In this document: piece after piece, positions 39,463 to 50,523 of the stretch
Layout of the letters: every line of letters begins with the position of its first letter
Numbering within the stretch: the stretch's first letter is position 1
IMG/VR virus record: IMGVR_UViG_2571042445_000002
Length of the DNA stretch: 64,000 nucleotides
DNA from: a virus
Lineage: Duplodnaviria > Heunggongvirae > Uroviricota > Caudoviricetes
Strand: one strand, 5' to 3'
The notes under the pieces: model-generated
Databases searched by the model: none
The model's input: only the letters and a program-made list of their open reading frames with translations
What the model was told of the DNA's origin: nothing
Translations under genes and position numbers: made by a program

Positions 39463-39496
39463 CTAACTTTAAATAATTGGCATTATTTAAAGTTAG
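39463..39496. other. lox-like recombination site (13-8-13)
   Basis: CTAACTTTAAATA-ATTGGCAT-TATTTAAAGTTAG; perfect 13-bp inverted arms, asymmetric 8-bp spacer, 150 bp upstream of the Cre-like gene. Confidence 0.65.
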
Positions 39497-39647
39497 GCTA
39501 TAATCTCCAGTAAACAGGCAGTATTGACAAGGATGAAAAATCATGCCTCGAATCAAAGGCTTGAATTTTGAAAATTAACTTATAACTACCCTGTCAGTTT
39601 TCTATTTTTCACGTAGCGTTATCTGTATATAGAGGTTTAATAGTTTC

Positions 39648-40676
39648 ATGGGTGAACTAGTTATCTCCGGCGGTTCTGGTGGTTTTCTGCGCGATATTGG
39701 CACCGAATACCAGGAAGCTGCAAAAAACTTTATGCAGTTCATGAACGACCAGGGAGCTTATGCCCCAAATACACTTCGTGATCTCCGTCTGGTGTTTCAT
39801 TCCTGGGCGCGGTGGTGTAACTCGCGCCAGCGCCCCTGGTTCCCGATTACGCCGGAAATGGCCCGCGAGTATCTTCTCCAGTTGCATGAGGCCGATCTGG
39901 CTTCGACCACCATTGATAAGCACTATGCCATGCTTAACATGCTGCTTTCGCAATGTGGCCTCCCGCCGCTGTCGGACGATAAAAGTGTGTCTCTGGCCAT
40001 GCGGCGCATCCGGCGCGAAGCGGCAACGGAAAAAGGCGAGCGAACAGGCCAGGCTATACCGTTGCGGTGGGATGATCTGAAATTGCTCGACGTGTTGCTG
40101 TCCCGTTCCGAGCGGCTGGTGGACCTGCGCAATCGGGCGTTTCTCTTCGTGGCATACAATACCCTGATGCGTATGTCAGAAATCTCGCGCATCCGCGTCG
40201 GAGATCTGGACCAAACAGGTGACACTGTAACGCTGCATATTTCACACACGAAGACCATCACGACCGCCGCCGGACTTGATAAGGTGCTTTCTCGTTACAC
40301 TACCGCCGTACTGAACGACTGGCTGGAGGTGTCCGGACTTCGAGAACATCCGGACGCGGTGCTATTCCCGCCAATACACCGCAGTAATAAGGCCAGAATC
40401 ACGACAACGCCCCTTACTGCACCTGCAATGGAGAAAATATTCAGCGATGCCTGGGGGTTGCTGAACAAACGAGATGCCACGCCGAACAAGGGAAGATACC
40501 GGACGTGGACAGGCCATAGTGCGCGTGTTGGTGCGGCAATTGATATGGCTGAGAAACAGGTGTCAATGGTCGAGATCATGCAGGAAGGCACATGGAAAAA
40601 GCCCGAAACACTTATGCGATATTTGCGCCGTAGCGGGGCATCCGTTGGTGCAAATAGTCGCCTGATGGATTCATAA
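39648..40676 (+). CDS. cre: Cre-family tyrosine recombinase
   Basis: 342 aa; aligns along its length to P1 Cre as I recall it, including NTLMRMSEISRIRVGDL, WTGHSARVGAAIDMA, GTW and MRYLR (catalytic Arg, His-x-x-Arg, Trp, Tyr). Confidence 0.8.
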   Translation: MGELVISGGSGGFLRDIGTEYQEAAKNFMQFMNDQGAYAPNTLRDLRLVFHSWARWCNSRQRPWFPITPEMAREYLLQLHEADLASTTIDKHYAMLNMLLSQCGLPPLSDDKSVSLAMRRIRREAATEKGERTGQAIPLRWDDLKLLDVLLSRSERLVDLRNRAFLFVAYNTLMRMSEISRIRVGDLDQTGDTVTLHISHTKTITTAAGLDKVLSRYTTAVLNDWLEVSGLREHPDAVLFPPIHRSNKARITTTPLTAPAMEKIFSDAWGLLNKRDATPNKGRYRTWTGHSARVGAAIDMAEKQVSMVEIMQEGTWKKPETLMRYLRRSGASVGANSRLMDS

Positions 40677-40694
40677 ATTAATTTTCTAACAATC
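40675..40694. promoter_or_regulatory. operator-like motif
   Basis: AAATTAATTTTCTAACAATC after cre, upstream of the next operon. Confidence 0.5.
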
Positions 40695-40748
40695 TTTTTA
40701 GACAGTGCATTTTAATGTAAAGTACCCTCGCCTATTGCGGAGGGTACT

Positions 40749-41093
40749 TTGCACAATCGTATTACGGAATCAAAACGCTTCACTGTTGACGGTTACACCA
40801 TAACCTTCACTGCGGGCGTTAAGCGCGACCAGGCGGTCGTGGTGTTCGGTGTTATGACCGGACTTGATGCCGTTCCCGTATTTACCCTCGAAAAAAACTG
40901 GCGAAATCTGGAGGAAGCTGAACGCTACGTCCGGAAAGTAACCGTCATTGCTGCTGAAAAACTCCTGGCCCACTATCAGGAAAATTATCGCGCTATGACC
41001 GAGAAAATTAACCATGTTTTCACTCGCCCCACCAGCGGCTTCATTGCCCCTGATGCGAATGCCGGGCGCTATCCGGCAAGGGGGCGCAAATGA
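40749..41093 (+). CDS. hypothetical protein
   Basis: 114-aa ORF, first of an operator-controlled operon. Confidence 0.3.
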   Translation: MHNRITESKRFTVDGYTITFTAGVKRDQAVVVFGVMTGLDAVPVFTLEKNWRNLEEAERYVRKVTVIAAEKLLAHYQENYRAMTEKINHVFTRPTSGFIAPDANAGRYPARGRK

Positions 41094-41578
41094 AAACTTA
41101 CTACCCATCCCTGAACTGTTATCCAACCACTAATCCTGAGCTGTCAGGGAAACTTCTGTCCCTCCTGGCTGATAGTCCTGATGAATGGCATAAGCCTGGT
41201 GATATCAACACACAGTTCCCTGAGTACGGGTGTATCCGCACCAGAAATGAGCTGAAGAACCTCATTGCTCACGGTTTTGTTCGTCACCGTAGCGGGAAAG
41301 GCTATCAGTTGGCTATCCCACAAGGAGAGGCAAGAGAACTCTTTGGCTATCGAGAAAGCCAGACGCAAGCGCGGGTGATCGCAGAAATTATCCGTAATGG
41401 CAGCGTCTATGCCCGCAAATTCTGGCTGTCTGGCGGTGGTGATGCATCACAGTTCTTGCGTGCTGTGCGATCGCTGGAGGAACAAGGTGTTATCGAGAAT
41501 ACCTGCGTCTCCGTTCCGACCGCTCCGCATATCAAACGCCGGATTTATACATTTACCCGGAGAGCTAAAAAGCAATGA
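41090..41578 (+). CDS. hypothetical protein
   Basis: 162 aa, ATGA overlap on both sides. Confidence 0.3.
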   Translation: MKTYYPSLNCYPTTNPELSGKLLSLLADSPDEWHKPGDINTQFPEYGCIRTRNELKNLIAHGFVRHRSGKGYQLAIPQGEARELFGYRESQTQARVIAEIIRNGSVYARKFWLSGGGDASQFLRAVRSLEEQGVIENTCVSVPTAPHIKRRIYTFTRRAKKQ

Positions 41579-42069
41579 TTAACGTGAAAGTGAAACGCCT
41601 TCATCCGGCGGCAAAACTCCCCGTTTACGCCACCGCCGGATCGGCGGCGATGGATTTTGTTGCTGTTGAAATAACGCCGGGTATCGATAGCAACGGCGCT
41701 ATTTCCTCAAGCTGGTGGGTGCATACCGGCCTCGCTATGGCGATCCCTCCTGGCTGGTGTCTGAAACTTTATCCTCGTTCCGGATTGGGCTGTAAAAAGC
41801 ATACGCGCCTGGCTAACTGCGTAGGAATTATCGACTCCGATTATCGCGGTGAAATCATGGCAAAACTGATTACAGATCCCGGTGGTGAAGGCGTTTGCCT
41901 CAAGCCAGGAATGGCGGTCATGCAAGGCATTTTTGAGCGTGTTGAACCGGTATCGCTGGTAGAAGTTGATGAACTCGATGAAACAGAGCGAGGCGCTGGT
42001 GGCTTTGGTAGCACATCGGAAGACCGCGTTGAAATCAAGCGTACACCGCTTCAGTACGCAAAGTTTTAA
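41575..42069 (+). CDS. dut: dUTP diphosphatase (dUTPase)
   Basis: 164 aa; motifs AGSAAMDF, RSGLG, GIIDSDYRGE, C-terminal FGSTS. Confidence 0.7.
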   Translation: MINVKVKRLHPAAKLPVYATAGSAAMDFVAVEITPGIDSNGAISSSWWVHTGLAMAIPPGWCLKLYPRSGLGCKKHTRLANCVGIIDSDYRGEIMAKLITDPGGEGVCLKPGMAVMQGIFERVEPVSLVEVDELDETERGAGGFGSTSEDRVEIKRTPLQYAKF

Positions 42070-42083
42070 GTAGAGGAAGGATT

Positions 42084-42746
42084 ATGGTCAGCACTTTTCA
42101 GGTGTTCCCCAAATACAAATGCCACAGCATCATTCGGGCATCGAAAATCAAAGATATTGTTATTGTCGGCGAAGCTTATGCGCCCATTTTTGGCAGTATC
42201 GAAGTCGTTGAGCCAAAAGGAATGACGCTTCGTGTTGATGGTGTGTTCTTGGAAAAATTCCGACCGCAAATAGGAGGATATCTCGTCACTGCTGAAAATG
42301 GCTATCTGGTCTATGTGCCAGAGAAAGCATTTGAAAAATGCTATAGCCGGGTTAACGACGCCTCCGAAAATGGGGTATCGCTCAGCATTGAAGGTCACAA
42401 TGGGGTGACATTCATTACAGCCAGGGACGTAACTATTTCTGCTGGCGGTATCGCTACTCTACAAGAAGAAATCGACCTTGAAGCAGCCGACTTTTCTGAC
42501 GCGCTGATGTGGCTGAAGGATGGCAAGAAAGTTGCCCGACGTGGGTGGAACGGCGAAAACCAATTCTGCTGGCTGGTTCCTGAAGGACAGTACCCGGCAC
42601 GAATGGAAGCCATTAAGGGATATTTTCCCGGCGACCTCGTTCCGTATGGTGCTTATTTCGCCTTAAAAAATGCACAAGGTGTAGTTGTTCCGTGGGTGCC
42701 TTCAGTTGGCGACCTGCTGGCCTGTGACTGGTTTGTTGTGGAGTGA
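42084..42746 (+). CDS. DUF2829 (Tad2-like) domain protein with N-terminal extension
   Basis: 220 aa; C-terminal ALMWLKDGKKVARRGWNGENQFCWLVPEG...VVPWVPSVGDLLACDWFVVE matches the DUF2829 signature. Confidence 0.5.
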   Translation: MVSTFQVFPKYKCHSIIRASKIKDIVIVGEAYAPIFGSIEVVEPKGMTLRVDGVFLEKFRPQIGGYLVTAENGYLVYVPEKAFEKCYSRVNDASENGVSLSIEGHNGVTFITARDVTISAGGIATLQEEIDLEAADFSDALMWLKDGKKVARRGWNGENQFCWLVPEGQYPARMEAIKGYFPGDLVPYGAYFALKNAQGVVVPWVPSVGDLLACDWFVVE

Positions 42747-42752
42747 TTTAAC

Positions 42753-43550
42753 GTGGAAAATACCAAGAACATTCAATATCGCCTGCGTAACGGCCTGCTG
42801 GTGGATGTAAACGATGATATGTCCCTGCCCTTTGCCACCATTGAGCGAACCATCCTTACATACCTGGGTTTAGACGAAGAGTTAGATAGTGAGAATGGCA
42901 TTGCTATCTGGCGTGACGGAAAAACGGGAGTCAGACGTTTTATTACGGCAAGAGGCATTCAGTGCACACAGGAAGAATTGTTTGAACTGGCGCAGTCTTA
43001 TGGATGCATCGCGTTAGATCCCCTGCATGACCCAGCCATAGCGCAACAACTCATTCGAGAGCTGTCGCTTTCGGTCACGCCAATAATCTTCCGCCAGGGA
43101 ACCTTAACCGGCACATGGCGTGTAGAACGCATCTCTAAATATCAGCCATATAATATCCATTTGAACGGCACTATTACTGGTGTGGATCAACCAGTAGCAG
43201 GTGAAAACAAAGACCTGGAACTTGCAGTAATGATGGCTGCTTGTCGCGTGCTTGGCCTGGGCAAGCAGATGTTTATCCATTTCCCAAACGGCGCGGAAGG
43301 CGAAGTAGAGCTGATTTCCTGCGACTTTTCCTTAACCTGGATGCTTGATGAATTCCTGGACAAAACAGTATTCCGTGCTGAAGAACTGGATATGTATGTC
43401 ACCTCAAGTATTCCTAATGACGTGAAAGTTGAGGCCATCGCTACAGCCAGGGCGAAATGCCGTGCGGCGATTGCAGAACAGGCCAAAGAAGAACAGTCCG
43501 ATGAAGTCGCGGCAGATGTGGAAGCAGAGGATGCTGATGCTGACGCCTAA
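42753..43550 (+). CDS. hypothetical protein with acidic tail
   Basis: 265 aa, C-terminus EEQSDEVAADVEAEDADADA. Confidence 0.35.
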   Translation: MENTKNIQYRLRNGLLVDVNDDMSLPFATIERTILTYLGLDEELDSENGIAIWRDGKTGVRRFITARGIQCTQEELFELAQSYGCIALDPLHDPAIAQQLIRELSLSVTPIIFRQGTLTGTWRVERISKYQPYNIHLNGTITGVDQPVAGENKDLELAVMMAACRVLGLGKQMFIHFPNGAEGEVELISCDFSLTWMLDEFLDKTVFRAEELDMYVTSSIPNDVKVEAIATARAKCRAAIAEQAKEEQSDEVAADVEAEDADADA

Positions 43551-43630
43551 AAGCAAGAAATTAGCTGGCTGACAGCAGAAAAAATCATTGAGTGATAGTA
43601 GGAAGGCCGCTTGGTTGAGCGGGCTTCTTT

Positions 43631-44011
43631 TCAAATATTGGAACCATATAGTTCACGTAGTTTTTCCGCTACTGAAGATACGGGGATTTCACCAGTTGCA
43701 GCCCCCACCGCAAGTTCCACCAGCACGGGAGAATCATATACCTGTATACCGTTACGGCGTAGAAATAGCAGCGCACTGTTTAGCGCGGTACGCTTATTGG
43801 CATCATTGAATATATGCCCTCTCGCTGTAGCCACCAGGTAGGTGGCGGAGACTTCGAAAAGGTCGGTGATCTCTTCGTAGGCAACTCTGGCCTGAACTCT
43901 CCCGATAATGGCCTCTGCCCTACCCGGATCTGACATTCCCGGCAGGCCGCCGTAGCGGTTTATATTCGCATCATGAAGCGCAATAAGTTCTTCCGGTGAT
44001 ATATGCCTCAT
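43631..44011 (-). CDS. doc: Doc toxin (Fic-family)
   Basis: 126 aa, near-identical to P1 Doc as I recall it ([17 protein letters not shown]...[19 protein letters not shown]). Confidence 0.9.
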   Translation of the reverse strand: MRHISPEELIALHDANINRYGGLPGMSDPGRAEAIIGRVQARVAYEEITDLFEVSATYLVATARGHIFNDANKRTALNSALLFLRRNGIQVYDSPVLVELAVGAATGEIPVSSVAEKLRELYGSNI

Positions 44012-44232
44012 TATCGGTTAACCAGTTCCTTGTTGGTGGAGTCCAGGGTGTCAAACAGGGATGCAAATTCAGCATCCAGCGCCGCTTTTTTGTAGGCTTC
44101 GAAAGTAGCCTTGCTGACAATTACTGCTGGCTCACGGCCTCTGCGGGTGATTTCAACCTCTTCCCCAGCTTCAACATTGTTGAGCACTTCAGAAAGGTTG
44201 CCGCGCGCGGTACGGAAGTTAATGGATTGCAT
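44011..44232 (-). CDS. phd: Phd antitoxin
   Basis: 73 aa from [41 protein letters not shown]; overlaps doc by 1 nt. Confidence 0.9.
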   Translation of the reverse strand: MQSINFRTARGNLSEVLNNVEAGEEVEITRRGREPAVIVSKATFEAYKKAALDAEFASLFDTLDSTNKELVNR

Positions 44233-44408
44233 AAACACCTCGTGTACTCGTTATGTGTACACAATTATAAACCTCACAGGCATAAAGCACCAGCACTTTG
44301 CGGCTTAACAAACCTCTAGGCAGGTCATTCGTTGCCTAATGTCCGAACTGCTAAAGCATCCAAGTTGCTGTAGAATCACCGCCAATTACTTAAACCTGAA
44401 ATAAGTGG

Positions 44409-45971
44409 ATGAAAATGACAAGTATTCAACAACGTGCAGAGCTTCATCGCCAGATCTGGCAAATTGCTAACGATGTCAGGGGGTCAGTCGATGGATGGGA
44501 TTTTAAGCAATACGTTCTGGGCGCACTTTTCTACCGTTTTATCAGCGAAAATTTTTCCAGCTATATTGAAGCCGGTGATGACAGTATCTGTTATGCGAAA
44601 CTGGATGACAGCGTAATTACTGATGACATTAAAGACGATGCCATCAAAACTAAAGGCTACTTCATCTACCCCAGTCAGCTTTTCTGCAACGTAGCTGCGA
44701 AAGCAAATACCAATGACAGACTGAATGCGGATTTAAACAGCATCTTCGTTGCTATCGAAAGTTCTGCTTACGGTTACCCTTCAGAAGCTGACATCAAAGG
44801 TTTGTTTGCTGATTTCGATACTACCAGTAACCGCCTGGGTAACACCGTTAAAGATAAAAATGCCCGCCTGGCTGCGGTTCTGAAAGGGGTTGAAGGGCTA
44901 AAACTTGGTGACTTCCACGAACATCAGATTGACCTGTTCGGTGACGCCTATGAGTTCCTGATTTCTAACTATGCGGCGAATGCTGGTAAGTCAGGCGGCG
45001 AGTTCTTTACACCGCAGCACGTCTCTAAGCTGATTGCACAACTGGCTATGCACGGGCAGACCCACGTTAACAAAATCTACGACCCGGCAGCAGGTTCCGG
45101 TTCGCTGTTGTTGCAAGCTAAAAAACAGTTTGATGACCATATCATCGAAGAAGGTTTTTTTGGTCAGGAAATCAACCATACGACCTATAACCTGGCGCGT
45201 ATGAACATGTTTTTGCACAACATCAACTACGACAAGTTTGATATCAAGCTGGGCAATACGCTGACTGAACCGCACTTCAGAGATGAAAAACCGTTTGATG
45301 CCATCGTTTCTAACCCGCCGTATTCGGTGAAATGGATTGGCAGCGATGACCCGACGCTGATTAACGATGAACGTTTTGCCCCGGCTGGCGTTCTGGCCCC
45401 CAAATCCAAAGCTGACTTTGCGTTTGTATTACATGCACTGAACTATCTTTCTGCCAAAGGTCGTGCTGCGATTGTCTGCTTCCCAGGCATTTTTTACCGT
45501 GGCGGCGCGGAGCAGAAAATCCGTCAGTATCTGGTTGATAATAACTATGTCGAAACCGTGATTTCACTGGCACCGAACCTGTTCTTTGGCACCACCATTG
45601 CCGTAAACATTCTGGTGTTGTCTAAACATAAAACAGATACAAAAGTTCAGTTTATTGATGCCAGCGAACTGTTCAAAAAAGAGACTAACAACAATATCCT
45701 GACCGATGCCCATATCGAACAGATTATGCAGGTATTTGCCAGCAAGGAAGATGTTGCTCATCTGGCGAAATCTGTTGCGTTTGAGACTGTTGTCGCGAAT
45801 GACTATAACCTGTCGGTGAGCAGCTATGTGGAAGCGAAAGATAATCGCGAAATTATCGATATCGCTGAGCTGAATGCGGAACTGAAAACCACGGTCAGCA
45901 AAATCGACCAGTTGCGCAAAGATATTGATGCGATTGTGGCTGAAATTGAAGGCTGCGAGGTGCAGAAATGA
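44409..45971 (+). CDS. hsdM: Type I restriction-modification methyltransferase subunit
   Basis: 520 aa; SAM motif [10 protein letters not shown] and catalytic SNPPYSVKW. Confidence 0.85.
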   Translation: MKMTSIQQRAELHRQIWQIANDVRGSVDGWDFKQYVLGALFYRFISENFSSYIEAGDDSICYAKLDDSVITDDIKDDAIKTKGYFIYPSQLFCNVAAKANTNDRLNADLNSIFVAIESSAYGYPSEADIKGLFADFDTTSNRLGNTVKDKNARLAAVLKGVEGLKLGDFHEHQIDLFGDAYEFLISNYAANAGKSGGEFFTPQHVSKLIAQLAMHGQTHVNKIYDPAAGSGSLLLQAKKQFDDHIIEEGFFGQEINHTTYNLARMNMFLHNINYDKFDIKLGNTLTEPHFRDEKPFDAIVSNPPYSVKWIGSDDPTLINDERFAPAGVLAPKSKADFAFVLHALNYLSAKGRAAIVCFPGIFYRGGAEQKIRQYLVDNNYVETVISLAPNLFFGTTIAVNILVLSKHKTDTKVQFIDASELFKKETNNNILTDAHIEQIMQVFASKEDVAHLAKSVAFETVVANDYNLSVSSYVEAKDNREIIDIAELNAELKTTVSKIDQLRKDIDAIVAEIEGCEVQK

Positions 45972-47254
45972 GCGAGTTGAGTTATCTGGAAAAATTGCTG
46001 GATGGGGTTGAGGTTAAGTGGTTGCCATTGGGGAACGTCGCTGAAATTTATGGTGGCCTAACAGGAAAGAGTAAATCTGATTTTGAGAACGGTAATGCCA
46101 GATATGTTTCATACAAAAAAATATTTGGTTATTTAGATGTGAATGATTACCCTACTGATTATGTATATATTAGTGAGGGAGAAAGACAAAATAAAGTAAG
46201 ATATGGGGATGTTTTATTTACTGGCTCATCTGAAATTGCTGATGAAGCAGGCATGTCCTCCGCCGTTACAGTACACTTCGATGAATCAGTGTATTTAAAC
46301 AGCTTTTCTTTTGGTATCAGATTCAGTAACAGCATAAAAATCAAACCGGAGTTCGCAAAATACCTTTTTCGAACCCATTTCATGCGCTCTGAAATAGCAA
46401 AAACAGCTAGTGGTGTAACACGCTTTAATATTTCAAAATCAAGATTTAAAAAAATACTGGTTCCTATCATTTGTCCTAATGATCCAGAAAAATCCCTTGC
46501 CATCCAGTCTGAAATCGTTCGGATTCTGGATAAATTTACTGAGCTTACAGCTGAGCTTACAGCTGAGCTTACAGCTGAGCTTACCATGCGTAAAAAACAG
46601 TACAACTACTATCTTGACCAGTCGCTAAGTTTTAAAGAGGGTGAGGTCGAGTTGAAAACGTTGGGAGAGATGGGGACACTTATAAGAGGCAAACGCTTTG
46701 TGAAATCCGACATAATTCCCAAGGGAGTACCGTGTATTCACTACGGTGAAATGTATACCCATTACCGCATCTGGGCGGATAAAGCAAAATCGTATATCTC
46801 TGTTGAATTAGCGTCCAAGTTAAGAAAAGCCTCATGCGGAGATGTTGTTTTTGTCTCTGCGGGTGAAACAATTGCAGATATTGGTCGTGGAACAGCCTGG
46901 TTAGGCGATGAAGATGTTGTTATTCATGACGCATGTTTTTTCTATAAAAGTTCATTGAACCCCAAGTATGTGGCCTACTTCTCAAGAACAAATTTCTTCC
47001 ACGATCAGATTAAAAAATCGATCTCTTCGGGGAAAATTTCTGCCATCAATGCCAAAGGCTTTGAAAAAGTGATTATTCCAGTTCCTTCACCAGAAGAACA
47101 AGCACGCATCGTTGCTTTCTTGGACAAATTCGACACATTGACAAGCTCCATCACCGAAGGCTTACCCCGTGAAATAGAACTACGCCAGAAGCAGTACGAG
47201 TACTATCGTGATTTACTGTTCAGTTTCCCAAAACCTGAAACTGTCAGTAATTAA
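45968..47254 (+). CDS. hsdS: Type I restriction-modification specificity subunit
   Basis: 428 aa; two AT-rich target-recognition domains around a central conserved region with TAEL repeats; ATGA overlap with hsdM. Confidence 0.8.
   Translation: MSELSYLEKLLDGVEVKWLPLGNVAEIYGGLTGKSKSDFENGNARYVSYKKIFGYLDVNDYPTDYVYISEGERQNKVRYGDVLFTGSSEIADEAGMSSAVTVHFDESVYLNSFSFGIRFSNSIKIKPEFAKYLFRTHFMRSEIAKTASGVTRFNISKSRFKKILVPIICPNDPEKSLAIQSEIVRILDKFTELTAELTAELTAELTMRKKQYNYYLDQSLSFKEGEVELKTLGEMGTLIRGKRFVKSDIIPKGVPCIHYGEMYTHYRIWADKAKSYISVELASKLRKASCGDVVFVSAGETIADIGRGTAWLGDEDVVIHDACFFYKSSLNPKYVAYFSRTNFFHDQIKKSISSGKISAINAKGFEKVIIPVPSPEEQARIVAFLDKFDTLTSSITEGLPREIELRQKQYEYYRDLLFSFPKPETVSN
46541..46585 (+). repeat. 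12-bp tandem repeat (gagcttacagct, 3.75 copies) encoding (TAEL)n in HsdS
   Basis: direct read of the sequence; protein [22 protein letters not shown]. Confidence 0.9.
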
Positions 47255-47375
47255 TTGACCATTGCTACCGACCGGGCCACCTTAACACCCGGTCAGTATA
47301 TAGACTATTTTTTACACGCTGGAAGTCACCATTAACGCCCTTCCGGCCCTTGCCAGACGGCACAAAGGATGCGCT

Positions 47376-50300
47376 ATGACTCATCAAACACACACCATTG
47401 CTGAATCCAATAACTTTATCGTTCTTGATAAATACATCAAAGCTGAGCAAACAGGCGACAGCTATCAGAGCGAATCGGACCTGGAACGTGAACTGATTCA
47501 GGACCTGCAAAATCAGGGCTATGAATTTATATCCGTAAAATCACAGTCAGCGATGCTGGCCAACGTTCGGGAACAGCTTCAGAGCCTCAATGGTGTGATG
47601 TTTAATGACAGAGAGTGGCGGCGTTTCACGGAGCAGTATCTGGACAACCCGAGCGATGGCATTCTGGATAAGACCCGTAAAATCCATATCGACTATATTT
47701 GCGACTTTATTTTTGATGACGGGCGTCTTGAAAATATCTATCTGATAGATAAAAAGAATCTCATGCGCAATAAGGTGCAGATTATCCAGCAGTTTGAACA
47801 GACGGGTTCTCATGCTAACCGTTATGACGTCACGATCCTGGTTAATGGTTTACCGCTGGTGCAAATCGAACTAAAAAAACGCGGGGTGGCGATTCGTGAG
47901 GCTTTCAACCAGATACATCGTTACAGTAAAGAGAGTTTTAACAGCGAAAATTCCCTGTTTAAGTATCTGCAACTGTTTGTCATTTCTAACGGCACCGATA
48001 CCCGTTACTTTGCCAACACCACAAAGCGCGATAAAAACAGTTTTGACTTCACAATGAACTGGGCGAAATCAGACAACACGCTGATTAAAGACCTCAAAGA
48101 CTTTACCGCTACCTTTTTCCAGAAACATACTCTGCTGAATGTTCTGGTGAACTACAGCGTTTTTGACAGTAGTCAGACGCTACTGGTGATGCGACCGTAC
48201 CAGATTGCAGCTACCGAACGAATTTTATGGAAAATCAACAGTTCCTATAAAGCGAAAAACTGGTCCACTCCCGAAAGTGGTGGCTTTATCTGGCACACCA
48301 CCGGTTCCGGTAAAACACTGACCAGCTTTAAAGCCGCGCGTCTGGCAACAGAACTGGACTTTATTGATAAAGTCTTCTTCGTGGTCGACAGAAAAGACCT
48401 CGATTACCAGACGATGAAGGAATATCAGCGTTTTTCGCCAGACAGCGTCAACGGCTCGGAAAATACCGCAGGACTTAAACGAAATCTGGATAAGGACGAT
48501 AACAAAATTATCGTCACCACTATTCAGAAACTTAATAACCTGATGAAAGCAGAAAGCGACCTGCCTGTATACAATCAGCAAGTGGTGTTTATATTTGATG
48601 AATGTCACCGCAGCCAGTTTGGAGAAGCACAGAAAAACCTGAAGAAGAAATTCAAACGCTATTATCAGTTTGGTTTTACCGGCACACCTATTTTCCCGGA
48701 AAACGCCTTAGGCTCAGAAACAACCGCCAGCGTATTTGGCCGTGAATTGCATTCATATGTTATTACCGATGCGATTCGTGACGAAAAAGTGCTCAAATTC
48801 AAGGTGGACTACAACGATGTGCGGCCACAGTTTAAGTCTTTAGAGACAGAAACTGACGAGAAAAAACTGAGTGCGGCTGAAAATCAGCAGGCGTTTCTTC
48901 ATCCCATGCGTATTCAGGAAATCACGCAATATATCCTGAACAACTTCCGCCAGAAAACCCACCGTACTTTCCCTGGTTCCAAAGGTTTTAATGCCATGCT
49001 GGCAGTAAGCAGCGTGGATGCTGCAAAAGCCTATTATGCGACGTTTAAACGGTTACAAGAGGAAGCCGCTAATAAATCGGCTACCTATAAACCGCTGCGT
49101 ATTGCGACAATCTTCTCCTTTGCCGCCAATGAAGAACAAAATGCCATTGGTGAAATTTCCGATGAAACTTTTGATACCAGCGCAATGGACAGCAGTGCTA
49201 AAGAGTTTCTGGACGCTGCAATTCGTGAATATAACAGCCATTTTAAAACTAACTTTAGCACCGACAGTAACGGTTTTCAGAACTACTATCGTGATTTAGC
49301 CCAGCGGGTTAAAAATCAGGATATCGATCTGCTAATTGTCGTGGGGATGTTCTTAACCGGCTTCGATGCTCCAACATTGAACACGCTATTCGTCGATAAA
49401 AACTTACGTTATCACGGCCTGATGCAGGCATTTTCCCGCACTAACCGCATTTATGACGCCACTAAAACCTTCGGTAATATCGTCACTTTCCGGGATCTGG
49501 AACGCTCAACTATTGATGCCATAACGCTGTTTGGTGACAAAAACACCAAAAATGTGGTGTTAGAAAAGAGTTATACAGAGTATATGGAAGGCTTTACTGA
49601 TGCTGCTACAGGTGAAGCTAAACGCGGCTTCATGACAGTAGTTTCAGAACTGGAACAACGGTTCCCTGACCCTACCAGTATTGAAAGTGAAAAAGAGAAG
49701 AAAGACTTCGTTAAACTGTTTGGCGAATACCTGCGTGCCGAGAACATCCTGCAAAACTATGATGAATTTGCCACGCTAAAAGCCCTGCAACAAATCGATC
49801 TTAGCGATCCTGTTGCGGTAGAAAAATTCAAAGCAGAACATTATGTGGATGATGAAAAGTTCGCTGAATTGCAAACAATTCGTCTCCCTGCTGATCGCAA
49901 GATTCAGGATTATCGTTCTGCCTATAACGATATTCGCGACTGGCAGCGCCGTGAGAAAGAAGCTGAGAAAAAAGAGAAATCAACCACTGACTGGGATGAC
50001 GTAGTTTTTGAGGTCGATTTGCTGAAGTCTCAGGAAATAAACCTGGATTATATCCTTGGACTGATTTTCGAACACAACAGACAAAATAAAGGCAAGGGCG
50101 AAATGATCGAAGAGGTCAAACGCTTAATTCGTTCAAGTCTAGGGAACCGTGCTAAAGAGGGCCTGGTGGTCGATTTTATTCAGCAAACGAACCTGGATGA
50201 TTTACCGGACAAAGCCAGCATCATTGACGCATTCTTTACGTTTGCTCAACGCGAACAGAAACGTGAAGCAGAAGCATTGATAAAAGAAGAAAATCTCAAT

Positions 50301-50492
50301 GAAGAGGCGGCGAAACGCTATATTCGCACATCTTTAAAACGCGAATACGCCACCGAAAATGGTACAGGATTAAATGATACATTACCAAAACTTAGTCCGT
50401 TAAATCCGCAATATAAAACGAAAAAACAGACGGTTTTCCAGAAAATCGTCTCGTTTATTGAGAAGTTTAAAGGCGTAGGCGGAAAAATATAG
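47376..50492 (+). CDS. hsdR: Type I restriction-modification endonuclease subunit
   Basis: 1038 aa; Walker [15 protein letters not shown]-box [12 protein letters not shown]2 helicase layout. Confidence 0.85.
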   Translation: MTHQTHTIAESNNFIVLDKYIKAEQTGDSYQSESDLERELIQDLQNQGYEFISVKSQSAMLANVREQLQSLNGVMFNDREWRRFTEQYLDNPSDGILDKTRKIHIDYICDFIFDDGRLENIYLIDKKNLMRNKVQIIQQFEQTGSHANRYDVTILVNGLPLVQIELKKRGVAIREAFNQIHRYSKESFNSENSLFKYLQLFVISNGTDTRYFANTTKRDKNSFDFTMNWAKSDNTLIKDLKDFTATFFQKHTLLNVLVNYSVFDSSQTLLVMRPYQIAATERILWKINSSYKAKNWSTPESGGFIWHTTGSGKTLTSFKAARLATELDFIDKVFFVVDRKDLDYQTMKEYQRFSPDSVNGSENTAGLKRNLDKDDNKIIVTTIQKLNNLMKAESDLPVYNQQVVFIFDECHRSQFGEAQKNLKKKFKRYYQFGFTGTPIFPENALGSETTASVFGRELHSYVITDAIRDEKVLKFKVDYNDVRPQFKSLETETDEKKLSAAENQQAFLHPMRIQEITQYILNNFRQKTHRTFPGSKGFNAMLAVSSVDAAKAYYATFKRLQEEAANKSATYKPLRIATIFSFAANEEQNAIGEISDETFDTSAMDSSAKEFLDAAIREYNSHFKTNFSTDSNGFQNYYRDLAQRVKNQDIDLLIVVGMFLTGFDAPTLNTLFVDKNLRYHGLMQAFSRTNRIYDATKTFGNIVTFRDLERSTIDAITLFGDKNTKNVVLEKSYTEYMEGFTDAATGEAKRGFMTVVSELEQRFPDPTSIESEKEKKDFVKLFGEYLRAENILQNYDEFATLKALQQIDLSDPVAVEKFKAEHYVDDEKFAELQTIRLPADRKIQDYRSAYNDIRDWQRREKEAEKKEKSTTDWDDVVFEVDLLKSQEINLDYILGLIFEHNRQNKGKGEMIEEVKRLIRSSLGNRAKEGLVVDFIQQTNLDDLPDKASIIDAFFTFAQREQKREAEALIKEENLNEEAAKRYIRTSLKREYATENGTGLNDTLPKLSPLNPQYKTKKQTVFQKIVSFIEKFKGVGGKI

Positions 50493-50523
50493 CCCAATTC
50501 GTGTTTTTCTTGCGGGTTCTTAA

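Noticed and set aside
39463-39496. Considered whether the 34-bp inverted repeat is a phage attachment site or IS terminal repeat
   Set aside because: The 13-8-13 geometry with an asymmetric spacer next to a Cre-family recombinase fits a lox site; no transposase or target-site duplication is present.
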